Part shown: piece by piece, positions 56,613 to 64,000 of the stretch | Layout: each line of letters opens with the position of its first letter | Numbering within the stretch: position 1 is the first letter of the stretch | DNA from: Candidatus Colwellbacteria bacterium | GTDB taxonomy: Bacteria > Patescibacteriota > Minisyncoccia > UBA6257 > Colwellbacteraceae | Length of the DNA stretch: 64,000 bases | Assembly: GCA_027448785.1 (NCBI GenBank) | Contig: DAIDMW010000001.1 | Location: 1,668 to 65,667, forward strand | Direction of reading: 5' to 3' | Notes under the pieces: generated by a model | What the model was told of the DNA's origin: nothing | What the model saw: the letters and a program-made list of their open reading frames with translations, nothing else | The model's database searches: none | Position numbers and translations under genes: made by a program

Positions 56613-58352
56613 ATGCATAAAGATATCTTTAGTTTTCGACGATACTTTACCGCCTTGGCTTTAAGTTTTTCTTTATTAGGTTTACCTTTTAACTTTACCT
56701 CTCAGCCAGCATTACAAGCAGCCGAGAGCGGAAATGTTTTTAGTGGCGTAGAATCTTTTTTTAATAATGTTTGGCAAGGCTTGTTTCCAAAGCCGGCGGT
56801 CCAGGAAACAACAGCCGTCGTCCAACCGGCTCCGCCTCCGCCGATGCCGACAGGGAAGAATAGTCCGCTCTTGCCGCTTTCCCCGGCCAAGCCCACCCTG
56901 CCGCAGGGAGACCAAACCTACCGAATCGTACAAGGAGTGAATGTTTGGCCAAAAATACTAACAGCTCAGATCAATCCCGTTGATGTCGAGGTCGGTAACA
57001 CCCAGACTTTCAACTTAACTATCGAGACGCCGGTTGCCATCTCCGCGGTTGAGGCGATCATCCAGACCGACCACGGATCGGAACATTTGATGCTTAAGAA
57101 GACCAGCGCGGCCGCCACAGCGACAGTTTCATCACCTGATTTATATCTAAACCAGAAAAATCAAATCGTTCTCGGCCAGCCCAGCGGAGGATTGTTACCG
57201 GTGGCTGAAGCAAGCCAGCAGTTGTACACCGAAGACTTCGCCGGCTCGTGGCAAGTCAAGGACACGCACAATAGCACCTATCACACGACATTTCTCGCCA
57301 CCGACGTTCTGGGTCGCAGCAGCTCGGTTACTCTAGCCTGGTCAGATGCTTGCGGGATTCCCAATGGCGGAAGTTACAATCTTTCTTCCAACTGCACCAT
57401 TTCATCGGTGGACGGCGTGGATAACGGCAGCTTTACCGTCGCTTCCGGATATACGCTAACTCTCGATTCAACTTTTGCTTTCAATCCCGGACAGAATATC
57501 ACGGTCAACGGGAGTATAGCTTTCGGGAGTGGAGGGCAGATTGAGAAGACTTATCTTTGGATGATCGACTCCGATGCAGACGGCTATGCCGCTAACTCGA
57601 CGGAATATGCTCAAGCGACAGCGCCGGCCGGAGGCCGAAGAAGGTATTTGCTGGTGACCGGCGAGTATGATTGCAACGATTCCAATGCTTCTATTTATCC
57701 AGGCGTAGTAACGTCGGTTGGCGCTTGCGGGTCTTGTAGCTACTCCTCGAGTTGCACGAATTCCGGCAGCGGAACCGACTCTTACACAGAGTGTACCGCA
57801 AGCGGAGCATATCAGACTTACAGCGGATCTTGCTCTTGTTCGAGAAACACCAATGGGGTGTCGTGCGGATCTAGTTGCGGTGTTTGGGGTTCGTGTGTTG
57901 CCAGTGGTTCTAGTGGAAGCGCGTATTGTAATGGTGTGGAAAGTCAAACTTGCACCAGTTACGCCTGCTCTAGTGGCAGTTGTGTTGCCAGCAGTAACTA
58001 CACCAACACCCAGTCGTGCGGAGCGGTTAACAACGGTTCGTCTTGCGAACCATCAACCACGGCCTGTTCCGGATCTAGTGCCGTCTATACATACGTTCAC
58101 GTTTGTAGTAGCGGATCGTGCGTGCAAAACACGGTTGGACCAACAACTTGCACTTGTGGATGCAGCAACGGAAGTTGTACGCCGGTTTATCCTTGTGGTC
58201 GTTGTAGTAATAATGTTGCTTGTTCATATGCAACATTTGACTCTTGCAATTCATCTTGCAGTAGCCCGTTCAATATAAGCTACTCGCAAAACAACGGTTG
58301 CACCGGGTTATGCGGCGGAAAGGGTTGCTGTTCTGGCGCCTGCTGCCCATAA
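56613..58352 (+). CDS. Secreted Cys-rich repeat protein B2
   Basis: Paralog of B1 (ATDVLGRSSSV.LAWSDACGIPN, SSNCTISSVDGVDNG) with a shorter Cys-rich region. Confidence 0.8.
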   Translation: MHKDIFSFRRYFTALALSFSLLGLPFNFTSQPALQAAESGNVFSGVESFFNNVWQGLFPKPAVQETTAVVQPAPPPPMPTGKNSPLLPLSPAKPTLPQGDQTYRIVQGVNVWPKILTAQINPVDVEVGNTQTFNLTIETPVAISAVEAIIQTDHGSEHLMLKKTSAAATATVSSPDLYLNQKNQIVLGQPSGGLLPVAEASQQLYTEDFAGSWQVKDTHNSTYHTTFLATDVLGRSSSVTLAWSDACGIPNGGSYNLSSNCTISSVDGVDNGSFTVASGYTLTLDSTFAFNPGQNITVNGSIAFGSGGQIEKTYLWMIDSDADGYAANSTEYAQATAPAGGRRRYLLVTGEYDCNDSNASIYPGVVTSVGACGSCSYSSSCTNSGSGTDSYTECTASGAYQTYSGSCSCSRNTNGVSCGSSCGVWGSCVASGSSGSAYCNGVESQTCTSYACSSGSCVASSNYTNTQSCGAVNNGSSCEPSTTACSGSSAVYTYVHVCSSGSCVQNTVGPTTCTCGCSNGSCTPVYPCGRCSNNVACSYATFDSCNSSCSSPFNISYSQNNGCTGLCGGKGCCSGACCP

Positions 58353-58359
58353 TATTAGC

Positions 58360-59004
58360 GTGCGAAAAATAATCGGCATCGACGAGGTTGGAAGAGGAGC
58401 GTTGGCCGGACCGGTGGTGGTTGCGGCCGTGATGATTCCCGAAAAGTATTTTCCACGCCCACCGAAAAGTTTAAAGCTGCCGCCGCTTCGCGATTCGAAA
58501 AAATTAACCAAGCGCGGCCGGGAAGCGTGGTCGGAGTATTTAAAAACCGATCCGCGGATCGAATGGCGTTTGGCGCGCGTTTATCCGGAAAAAATCGACA
58601 AACTAAACATCTCTCGCGCCGCCAATCTGGCTGCCACCAACGCCTTAAAACGTCTCCTGCAAAATATCAACTATCGGAACGATCGTTCCGATAGTTGTCT
58701 GGTAAAAGTGTTTTTAGACGGAGGATTGTATGTTTCCGAAGGAAAAATTGCGAACTTCCGCGCGAGACGAAGAAAATTAACCGTTAAAACCGTAATTAAG
58801 GGCGACGAGAAATACACTTCCGTAAAACTAGCCTCGATAATCGCCAAAGTTCACCGCGATCACTACCTAATGAAGTTAAAAAACAGATATCCACACTTTA
58901 GCTTCGACGTTCACAAGGGTTACGGAACAAAAAAACACATCGAAGAAATAAAAAAATTCGGAGCTAGCGATGTTCATCGCAAAAATTTCTTGAAAAACCT
59001 TTGA
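58360..59004 (+). CDS. rnhB: Ribonuclease HII
   Basis: GIDEVGRGALAGPVV, RDSKKL, KGD, ASIIAKVHRD, HKGYGT. Confidence 0.96.
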   Translation: MRKIIGIDEVGRGALAGPVVVAAVMIPEKYFPRPPKSLKLPPLRDSKKLTKRGREAWSEYLKTDPRIEWRLARVYPEKIDKLNISRAANLAATNALKRLLQNINYRNDRSDSCLVKVFLDGGLYVSEGKIANFRARRRKLTVKTVIKGDEKYTSVKLASIIAKVHRDHYLMKLKNRYPHFSFDVHKGYGTKKHIEEIKKFGASDVHRKNFLKNL

Positions 59005-59030
59005 CATGTTTTAATTTGTTTTTGTATAAT
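59001..59030 (+). promoter_or_regulatory. Consensus sigma70 promoter
   Basis: TTGACA-18 bp-TATAAT. Confidence 0.75.
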
Positions 59031-59102
59031 TAAAACGTAATAAAATTTTCGCAAAAAATATCCGACACACAAAGGTCGAGAAGAAAAAAAGATTGCATTG
59101 AA

Positions 59103-59228
59103 ATGGCAGCTAAGAAAAAAGCTCCGGCTCGTCGCAAGACGGTCGCTAAGAAGACCACTAAGAAGGTCGTAAAGAAGACCGCCAAGAGGACCGCTGCGAA
59201 GAGGCCGGCTAAGAGGAAGAGCCGGTAA
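59103..59228 (+). CDS. 41-aa Lys/Arg/Ala-rich histone H1-like protein (not in ORF track)
   Basis: MAAKKKAPARRKTVAKKTTKKVVKKTAKRTAAKRPAKRKSR; own promoter and terminator. Confidence 0.8.
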   Translation: MAAKKKAPARRKTVAKKTTKKVVKKTAKRTAAKRPAKRKSR

Positions 59229-59237
59229 GGCTCAACT

Positions 59238-59270
59238 AAAACAAGGAGCGAGTAATCGCTCCTTGTTTTT
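59238..59270 (+). terminator. Intrinsic terminator
   Basis: AAAACAAGGAGCGA-GTAA-TCGCTCCTTGTTTTT. Confidence 0.85.
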
Positions 59271-59296
59271 ATTTCCTCCCGAGTTATAAATAAATT

Positions 59297-59806
59297 ATGA
59301 GTAAAAAAACAATTACTATCGTATTTCCAGCGATAATTTTAGTTCTAGCTGTCGTCGTTTTCTTCGCCGCGAGGAGTATGAGCGTTAAAAACAACATAAC
59401 CGGAACCCCGATATCCGAAGGGAACTACGGCTCTACCTCGACTACCTCCACCGCCTTAACTGCAACGCCGGGAACCTCTTTGTTTATGGTCGAATCGACC
59501 AGTGGACAGAGCTATCTAGCCGACGGGAACGGGATGACGCTATACGCTTTCAACCGCGATAGCGCCGGAACGAGCTCCTGCTACGGCCAGTGCGCCATTA
59601 TTTGGCCGCCTTACCTTATAAATTCTACCAGTTCGGCGCAGAACTTGCCGTCCGCGGCTGGATATATAACCCGTACCGACGGCACGATCCAGCTGACTTG
59701 GAACGGAAAGCCGCTTTACTATTACTCTAAAGATCAAAACCCTGGCGAAATGCTGGGTAACGGATTCGATGGCTTGTGGCACATCGTGCCAGTCAGCGGA
59801 CTTTAG
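59297..59806 (+). CDS. Secreted Yx(F/W/Y)xxD repeat protein (Lipoprotein_15/COG4315-like)
   Basis: GMTLYAFNRD, SSCYGQCAIIWPP, GKPLYYYSKD, GLWH. Confidence 0.85.
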   Translation: MSKKTITIVFPAIILVLAVVVFFAARSMSVKNNITGTPISEGNYGSTSTTSTALTATPGTSLFMVESTSGQSYLADGNGMTLYAFNRDSAGTSSCYGQCAIIWPPYLINSTSSAQNLPSAAGYITRTDGTIQLTWNGKPLYYYSKDQNPGEMLGNGFDGLWHIVPVSGL

Positions 59807-60146
59807 TTTCTTTATTCAGAACCGCCAAGGCCATAGCGGCCAAGCATAAGGAGAGATCGCGGAACACGATATCCATCGCAAATAAGTTCGACAGGGTAAT
59901 GGCGAGAAGAATCGCGGCGGCGATTAAGCCGGCCCAGAACAACTTCTCGCCACTCATTATCCAGACAGCGAGCAAAATTTCGGCTATGGCGAAAACTACG
60001 AGCCAATCGCGCAGCGGCCACACCTGTCCCAGCCAAGAAGGGAAAAACGCCAACCAAGCGTCGGGGCTCATTAACTCTGAAATGGCCGCATAGCTGAAAG
60101 CGAAAGCCAGAGAAAGTCTTAATAATATGGAGGCCTCCTGTTTCAT
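59793..60146 (-). CDS. DoxX-like small membrane protein
   Basis: LLRLSLAFAF, AEILLA, DIVFRDL. Confidence 0.7.
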   Translation of the reverse strand: MKQEASILLRLSLAFAFSYAAISELMSPDAWLAFFPSWLGQVWPLRDWLVVFAIAEILLAVWIMSGEKLFWAGLIAAAILLAITLSNLFAMDIVFRDLSLCLAAMALAVLNKETKVR

Positions 60147-60205
60147 CGCAATTGCGCAAGCAAATTATTTTTAATAATAATTATAAACCCCAGCTTGATT
60201 AGAAG

Positions 60206-61447
60206 CTACTCGTATCTCAGCGCCTCGATCGGATTTTTGTCAGCCGCCTGCTTGGCTGGATAGAATCCGAAAATCAGCCCGATCAAAGCCGCCATGGTTA
60301 AGCCTATCAAAGCCGCCGACGCCGGAAAGACGAAACTCCATCCGGTGGGTAACAGGCGGTTGAGCAGCAGAGATATTAGAAACGATATCAACGCCCCAAA
60401 AGCGACGCCGATTACGCCGCCGGCGGCGGTGAGGGTCACGGCTTCCCAGAGGAACTGGCGCATAATGTCGCTTTTAGTGGCGCCGACCGCTTTACGCAAA
60501 CCGATCTCGCGCGTGCGTTCGGTAACCGAGACGAGCATAATGTTCATTATTCCCACCCCGCCGACAATGAGAGATACGGCGGCTACCGCCGAGAGAAGCG
60601 CGGTCAGTATCGAGGTGATGGCGCTCACGCGCGATGCGGCATCCGCTTGGGTGGTGATATGAAAATCGTCTTTGCTCGGATCGGTGATGCCGTGCCGGAA
60701 ACGCAGGACTCTGGTAATATCGGCTACCGTCTGGGGGACATCTTGCTCAGAATCAGCCTCGGTTATTATCCCATTGAAGTACTTTATCCCAAGGAGGTAA
60801 TCCTGGGCGGTGGTATAAGGGATAATAACCATATCGTCGATGTTGAAAAGCGAGACCATTCCTTTTGGAGGAAAAACGCCGACTACTCGGAAGTTCTTGT
60901 TGCGTATTTTAACGGTCTGGCCAACCGGATCGGACAGGCCGAAAAGCTGGCTGGCGACGCGGCTGCCGATGACCGCGACGCTAGCGCGGCTGTTGATGTC
61001 GTCCTGGGTTATCGAACGGCCGTTTATCGGATAAATCTGGAATATGTCCTGCAGTCCCGAGGAGCTGCCCATTATCACCGCATCGCTTTTAATCGTGCTT
61101 TGGTAGGAGACGTTGCCGGGAACGAGCACTATCGGCGTGGCTATCTTCAGATCGGGCACGTTGTTTTTATCCTCAATAGCTGCTAGATCGCTATTCTTCA
61201 ACGAATCCGAGAAGATGCCGGTGATGGCGGATGGGCTGGTCGGAAGATGCCCGGGGTCGATATCGATCATCGCCGGTCCGAAGCTTCTCACTTGATTCAA
61301 GATGCTGGCGGTCGCGCCTTCGCCTACCGACTCGATGATGATGATGGCGGATATGCCGATGACAATTCCCAAGATGGTTAAAATGGAGCGGAGACGATTG
61401 GTGCGAACCCCACGCCAGGCCGATTGCAGAATGTGGTAGAGCTTCAT
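60206..61447 (-). CDS. MacB/FtsX-type ABC permease
   Basis: RSILTILGIVIGI, GGVGIMNIMLVSVTERTREIGLRKAVGA, PIEALRYE. Confidence 0.95.
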   Translation of the reverse strand: MKLYHILQSAWRGVRTNRLRSILTILGIVIGISAIIIIESVGEGATASILNQVRSFGPAMIDIDPGHLPTSPSAITGIFSDSLKNSDLAAIEDKNNVPDLKIATPIVLVPGNVSYQSTIKSDAVIMGSSSGLQDIFQIYPINGRSITQDDINSRASVAVIGSRVASQLFGLSDPVGQTVKIRNKNFRVVGVFPPKGMVSLFNIDDMVIIPYTTAQDYLLGIKYFNGIITEADSEQDVPQTVADITRVLRFRHGITDPSKDDFHITTQADAASRVSAITSILTALLSAVAAVSLIVGGVGIMNIMLVSVTERTREIGLRKAVGATKSDIMRQFLWEAVTLTAAGGVIGVAFGALISFLISLLLNRLLPTGWSFVFPASAALIGLTMAALIGLIFGFYPAKQAADKNPIEALRYE

Positions 61448-62163
61448 TTTTGGTAATCGTCCAGGTCTTTTTGGCGTGCGACCTGGCGGTCGCTCTCAAC
61501 CTTTCCGTCTTTCAGGAGAATTATTCTCTTGGCGTGCTCGGCGGTGATGGTCTCGTGGGTCACTAAGATGATGGTGCGCCCGCTTTTCCTTTGGAGATTT
61601 TGTAGCAGATCGATGACCACTTGTCCGGATTTTGAATCAAGGTTGCCGGTCGGCTCATCGGCGAAAATCACCGTCGGATCGACGACTAAGGCGCGGGCAA
61701 TCGCCGCCCGCTGCTGTTCTCCGCCGGAGAGCTCCGAGGTTTGATGGTGCGCCCGCTGCGTTAGTCCTACCGCCTCCACGGCTTTTTTGGCCATCTCGTC
61801 CCACTTTTTTTCCGGGATATCAGAGTAATATAGGGGTAGTTTGACGTTCTCATAAACCGAAGTTCTCGGCAGGAGGTTGAATGATTGGAAAACGAAGCCC
61901 ATCTCTCTATTGCGCAGGCGCGACATCTCGTCGTCGGAATAGGCATTAGCCGACCTTCCTTTATATAAGTAATCGCCGCCGGTAGGCTTATCCAAGAATC
62001 CCAGTATGTGCAGAAGGGTCGATTTGCCGGATCCGGAAGGCCCCATAATCGCCACGAACTCGCCCTCTTCGATCTTCAGCGAGACGCCGTCCAGCGCTCT
62101 GGTTTCAATGCCGTCGCCGTATATTTTCGATAAGTTACTGACCTCGATTAGAGCCATGATCAC
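61444..62163 (-). CDS. MacB/LolD-type ABC ATP-binding protein
   Basis: GPSGSGKST, GFVFQSFNL, LSGGEQQR, ADEPTGNLDS. Confidence 0.95.
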   Translation of the reverse strand: MIMALIEVSNLSKIYGDGIETRALDGVSLKIEEGEFVAIMGPSGSGKSTLLHILGFLDKPTGGDYLYKGRSANAYSDDEMSRLRNREMGFVFQSFNLLPRTSVYENVKLPLYYSDIPEKKWDEMAKKAVEAVGLTQRAHHQTSELSGGEQQRAAIARALVVDPTVIFADEPTGNLDSKSGQVVIDLLQNLQRKSGRTIILVTHETITAEHAKRIILLKDGKVESDRQVARQKDLDDYQK

Positions 62164-63755
62164 GTGCCGGTGGTGTAATTAACGATCTCGTCGCCGGCTT
62201 TCAGCCCGGAGATGACCTCCTCCGTTCCGTCGGAGCCTGTCAATCCGGTAGTGATTAAGGTCTTGGTTGGAGCGGTGGAGGTCGAGCGCAGCAAAACGAA
62301 GCTCCGCCCGTTCTCTAAGATTACCGAGCGCTGCGGAATTATCAGGACGTTGTTCTTGGCGGCGGTTATGATGTCAATATTCGCCGTCATTCCAGACTTG
62401 ACCGGCTGTGGCTGGGCGAGGAATTTCAGCGCGACTTTATAAGTCGGCACGCCCTCTATTATCGTTTCTCCCGGGTCGATGGAAATGACTTCTGACTTGA
62501 AGTTAACCGCGTCGCCGTATGCGTCTAAGGTGACATCGGCCTGGTTGCCGACAGCGACTTTGGCGATGTCCGAGTCGGCCACGTAGGTTTCTATCTGGAA
62601 ATTATTTTTGGAGATAACGGTAAAAGCCGGAGAGTTGGCGGTGACCGTTTCGCCTACCTTTATGTTTTTTGCGGTGACTACTCCGTCGATCGGCGAATAA
62701 ACCGTCGCCTTAGTTATCTGATCTTGATAAAGTTTTACGCTAGCTTGTGCTTGGGCGACCTGCGCTTCCGCGGCAGCGATGCTTGAGGTCGTGGCCGAAG
62801 CTTCTGTGAGCGACAGCTCTTTATTCGCCAGATTCAAGCTGGAAACTGCGGAAGCATAGGCGGATTGCGCAGCCGAGAGGGAATCGATTGCGTCGGAAAC
62901 CTCGAAGCGAGCAGCCGAAATATCGCTTTGCCACGATGAGAGGGTGGCGGACGAGACGGATCCGGCCGGCGTCGCTTCGTTCGCCGCCTCAGCCGCCGAG
63001 GTGAGAAAATCGCTGATCTGATTTAAATAATCCAGGGAGGAGCTGGCGGCGGCAGCTAAGCCACTGCCGGTCGTTTGCTCCGCGTTGCCCGCCGACCAGT
63101 TATTTAAAATGCTCTGAATAGATTGTCTTTCGCTGAGTAGCGAGAATTGCAGTTGCTGGTCGCTCACGGTTATCAGCAGCTGCGGATTGTTGCTGGTCGG
63201 ATTAGCAAAGATCTCGTCAGTTTTGTTGCGCACCGCGTCGTTGGCCGAGACGTAAGCGTTTTGGATCGAGTTAAGAAGAGTTTGCGAGGTGCCGGCTAGC
63301 GAGGTTTGGGCGTTCTGTACCTCGGCTTGCTTTACGCCTATCTCCTGCGGAGTGGAACCGGAAATCAAGCTGGCCAAGTTGGCTTTCTGGATCTGCAGGT
63401 TCGCCTCGGCTTGGGCGAGGTTGGCCTGGAGCGAGGAGGTGTCGAGGCTGGCCAGCGCCTGTCCGGCAGAGACGTTTTGTCCAACTTCTGCTGCGATGCT
63501 GGCGACCTGGCCGTTTTGTGTGAATGCAAGATCGACGCTGTGAGCGGCGACAACTTGTCCAGTGACGCTGACGGTTTGTATAATATTTCCCCGCTGCACC
63601 GAGATATAGCTGTAGGGAGACTGGGGTTTCGGCCAGAAAATATAGGCAGCGGCGCCGATGACGGCGGCTGCGGCGAAATATATCAGAAACTTACTGGCCA
63701 GCGCGCTTTTTACGCTCCAGTTAGGCATCGTACACATTATAATATAATCGACCAA
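62160..63755 (-). CDS. MacA/HlyD-type periplasmic adaptor (start may be a downstream ATG)
   Basis: TM helix, VGQNVSAGQALASLD, long helical hairpin, SPIDGVV, GMTANIDI, EVISGLKAGD. Confidence 0.9.
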   Translation of the reverse strand: MVDYIIMCTMPNWSVKSALASKFLIYFAAAAVIGAAAYIFWPKPQSPYSYISVQRGNIIQTVSVTGQVVAAHSVDLAFTQNGQVASIAAEVGQNVSAGQALASLDTSSLQANLAQAEANLQIQKANLASLISGSTPQEIGVKQAEVQNAQTSLAGTSQTLLNSIQNAYVSANDAVRNKTDEIFANPTSNNPQLLITVSDQQLQFSLLSERQSIQSILNNWSAGNAEQTTGSGLAAAASSSLDYLNQISDFLTSAAEAANEATPAGSVSSATLSSWQSDISAARFEVSDAIDSLSAAQSAYASAVSSLNLANKELSLTEASATTSSIAAAEAQVAQAQASVKLYQDQITKATVYSPIDGVVTAKNIKVGETVTANSPAFTVISKNNFQIETYVADSDIAKVAVGNQADVTLDAYGDAVNFKSEVISIDPGETIIEGVPTYKVALKFLAQPQPVKSGMTANIDIITAAKNNVLIIPQRSVILENGRSFVLLRSTSTAPTKTLITTGLTGSDGTEEVISGLKAGDEIVNYTTGT

Positions 63756-63833
63756 TATTAATCTGTTAGTAAGTGCTAATCTAGGTTATTATTCGAACAA
63801 TGGACGATAAAAGACAAAGTAAAATCTAAAACA

Positions 63834-64000
63834 ATGGATCTAAAAATTATTAAAGAAAAAACCGCATTGGTAGTGATTGATTTGCAGAAGGGGATAGTCG
63901 GCCGCCCTTGTTTTCCGCATTCAGCGGAAGAAGTGGTCAATAACGCTTCTAAATTAGCCGCTGCTTTTCGCAAAAATCAGATGCCGGTGTTTCTGGTCCG
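63834..64000 (+). CDS. Isochorismatase-family hydrolase, partial
   Basis: Manual translation MDLKIIKEKTALVVIDLQKGI...LAAAFRKNQMPVFLVR, runs off the right edge. Confidence 0.8.
   Translation, partial: MDLKIIKEKTALVVIDLQKGIVGRPCFPHSAEEVVNNASKLAAAFRKNQMPVFLV

Noticed and set aside
52819-58352. Prophage remnant or diversity-generating retroelement
   Set aside because: No integrase, terminase, capsid or reverse transcriptase; paralog differences involve all bases rather than adenine-specific TR/VR changes.
1-64000. UGA recoding (code 25) as in Gracilibacteria
   Set aside because: Conserved genes are full length under code 11 and several end at TGA at the expected position (rarA, hisS, response regulator).

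Overview
The window looks like chromosome from a Patescibacteria/CPR bacterium, most likely Parcubacteria. This is inferred from a highly divergent stand-alone 16S rRNA, a short IF-2, rplK without rplA, split transketolase and CPR-style pilin and surface proteins. The standard genetic code is used, with TGA acting as a stop. It carries translation genes (infB, rbfA, tRNA-Cys, rplY, truncated prfA, rpmE, pth, hisS, rpsU, ybeY, secE-nusG-rplK, gatB, miaA, thrS), a pentose/hexose-phosphate operon, rarA, a type IV pilus cluster, ftsAZ, gyrB, dnaE, rnhB, a DsbA/Nramp/P-type ATPase cluster and a MacAB-like exporter. The most unusual signals are five. (1) About 13 intergenic hairpin elements built from 7-nt periodic units, in two nestable families; they often start at stop codons, occur only between 6.5 and 35.6 kb, and one 77-bp inverted pair brackets a CofE-like gene. 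(2) A tandemly duplicated two-gene module pairing a phage-tail-fibre-like protein with a secreted, modular, extremely Cys-rich protein. (3) Altered translation parts: a 16S lacking the anti-Shine-Dalgarno, an RF1 lacking its N-terminal domain, and IF-2 with a 4x24-bp in-frame repeat. (4) An unannotated 41-aa histone-H1-like gene. (5) A His-rich DsbA paired with a CxxC membrane protein. No CRISPR, transposase, integrase or reverse transcriptase was seen. All calls come from reading the sequence by eye, with no database searches.
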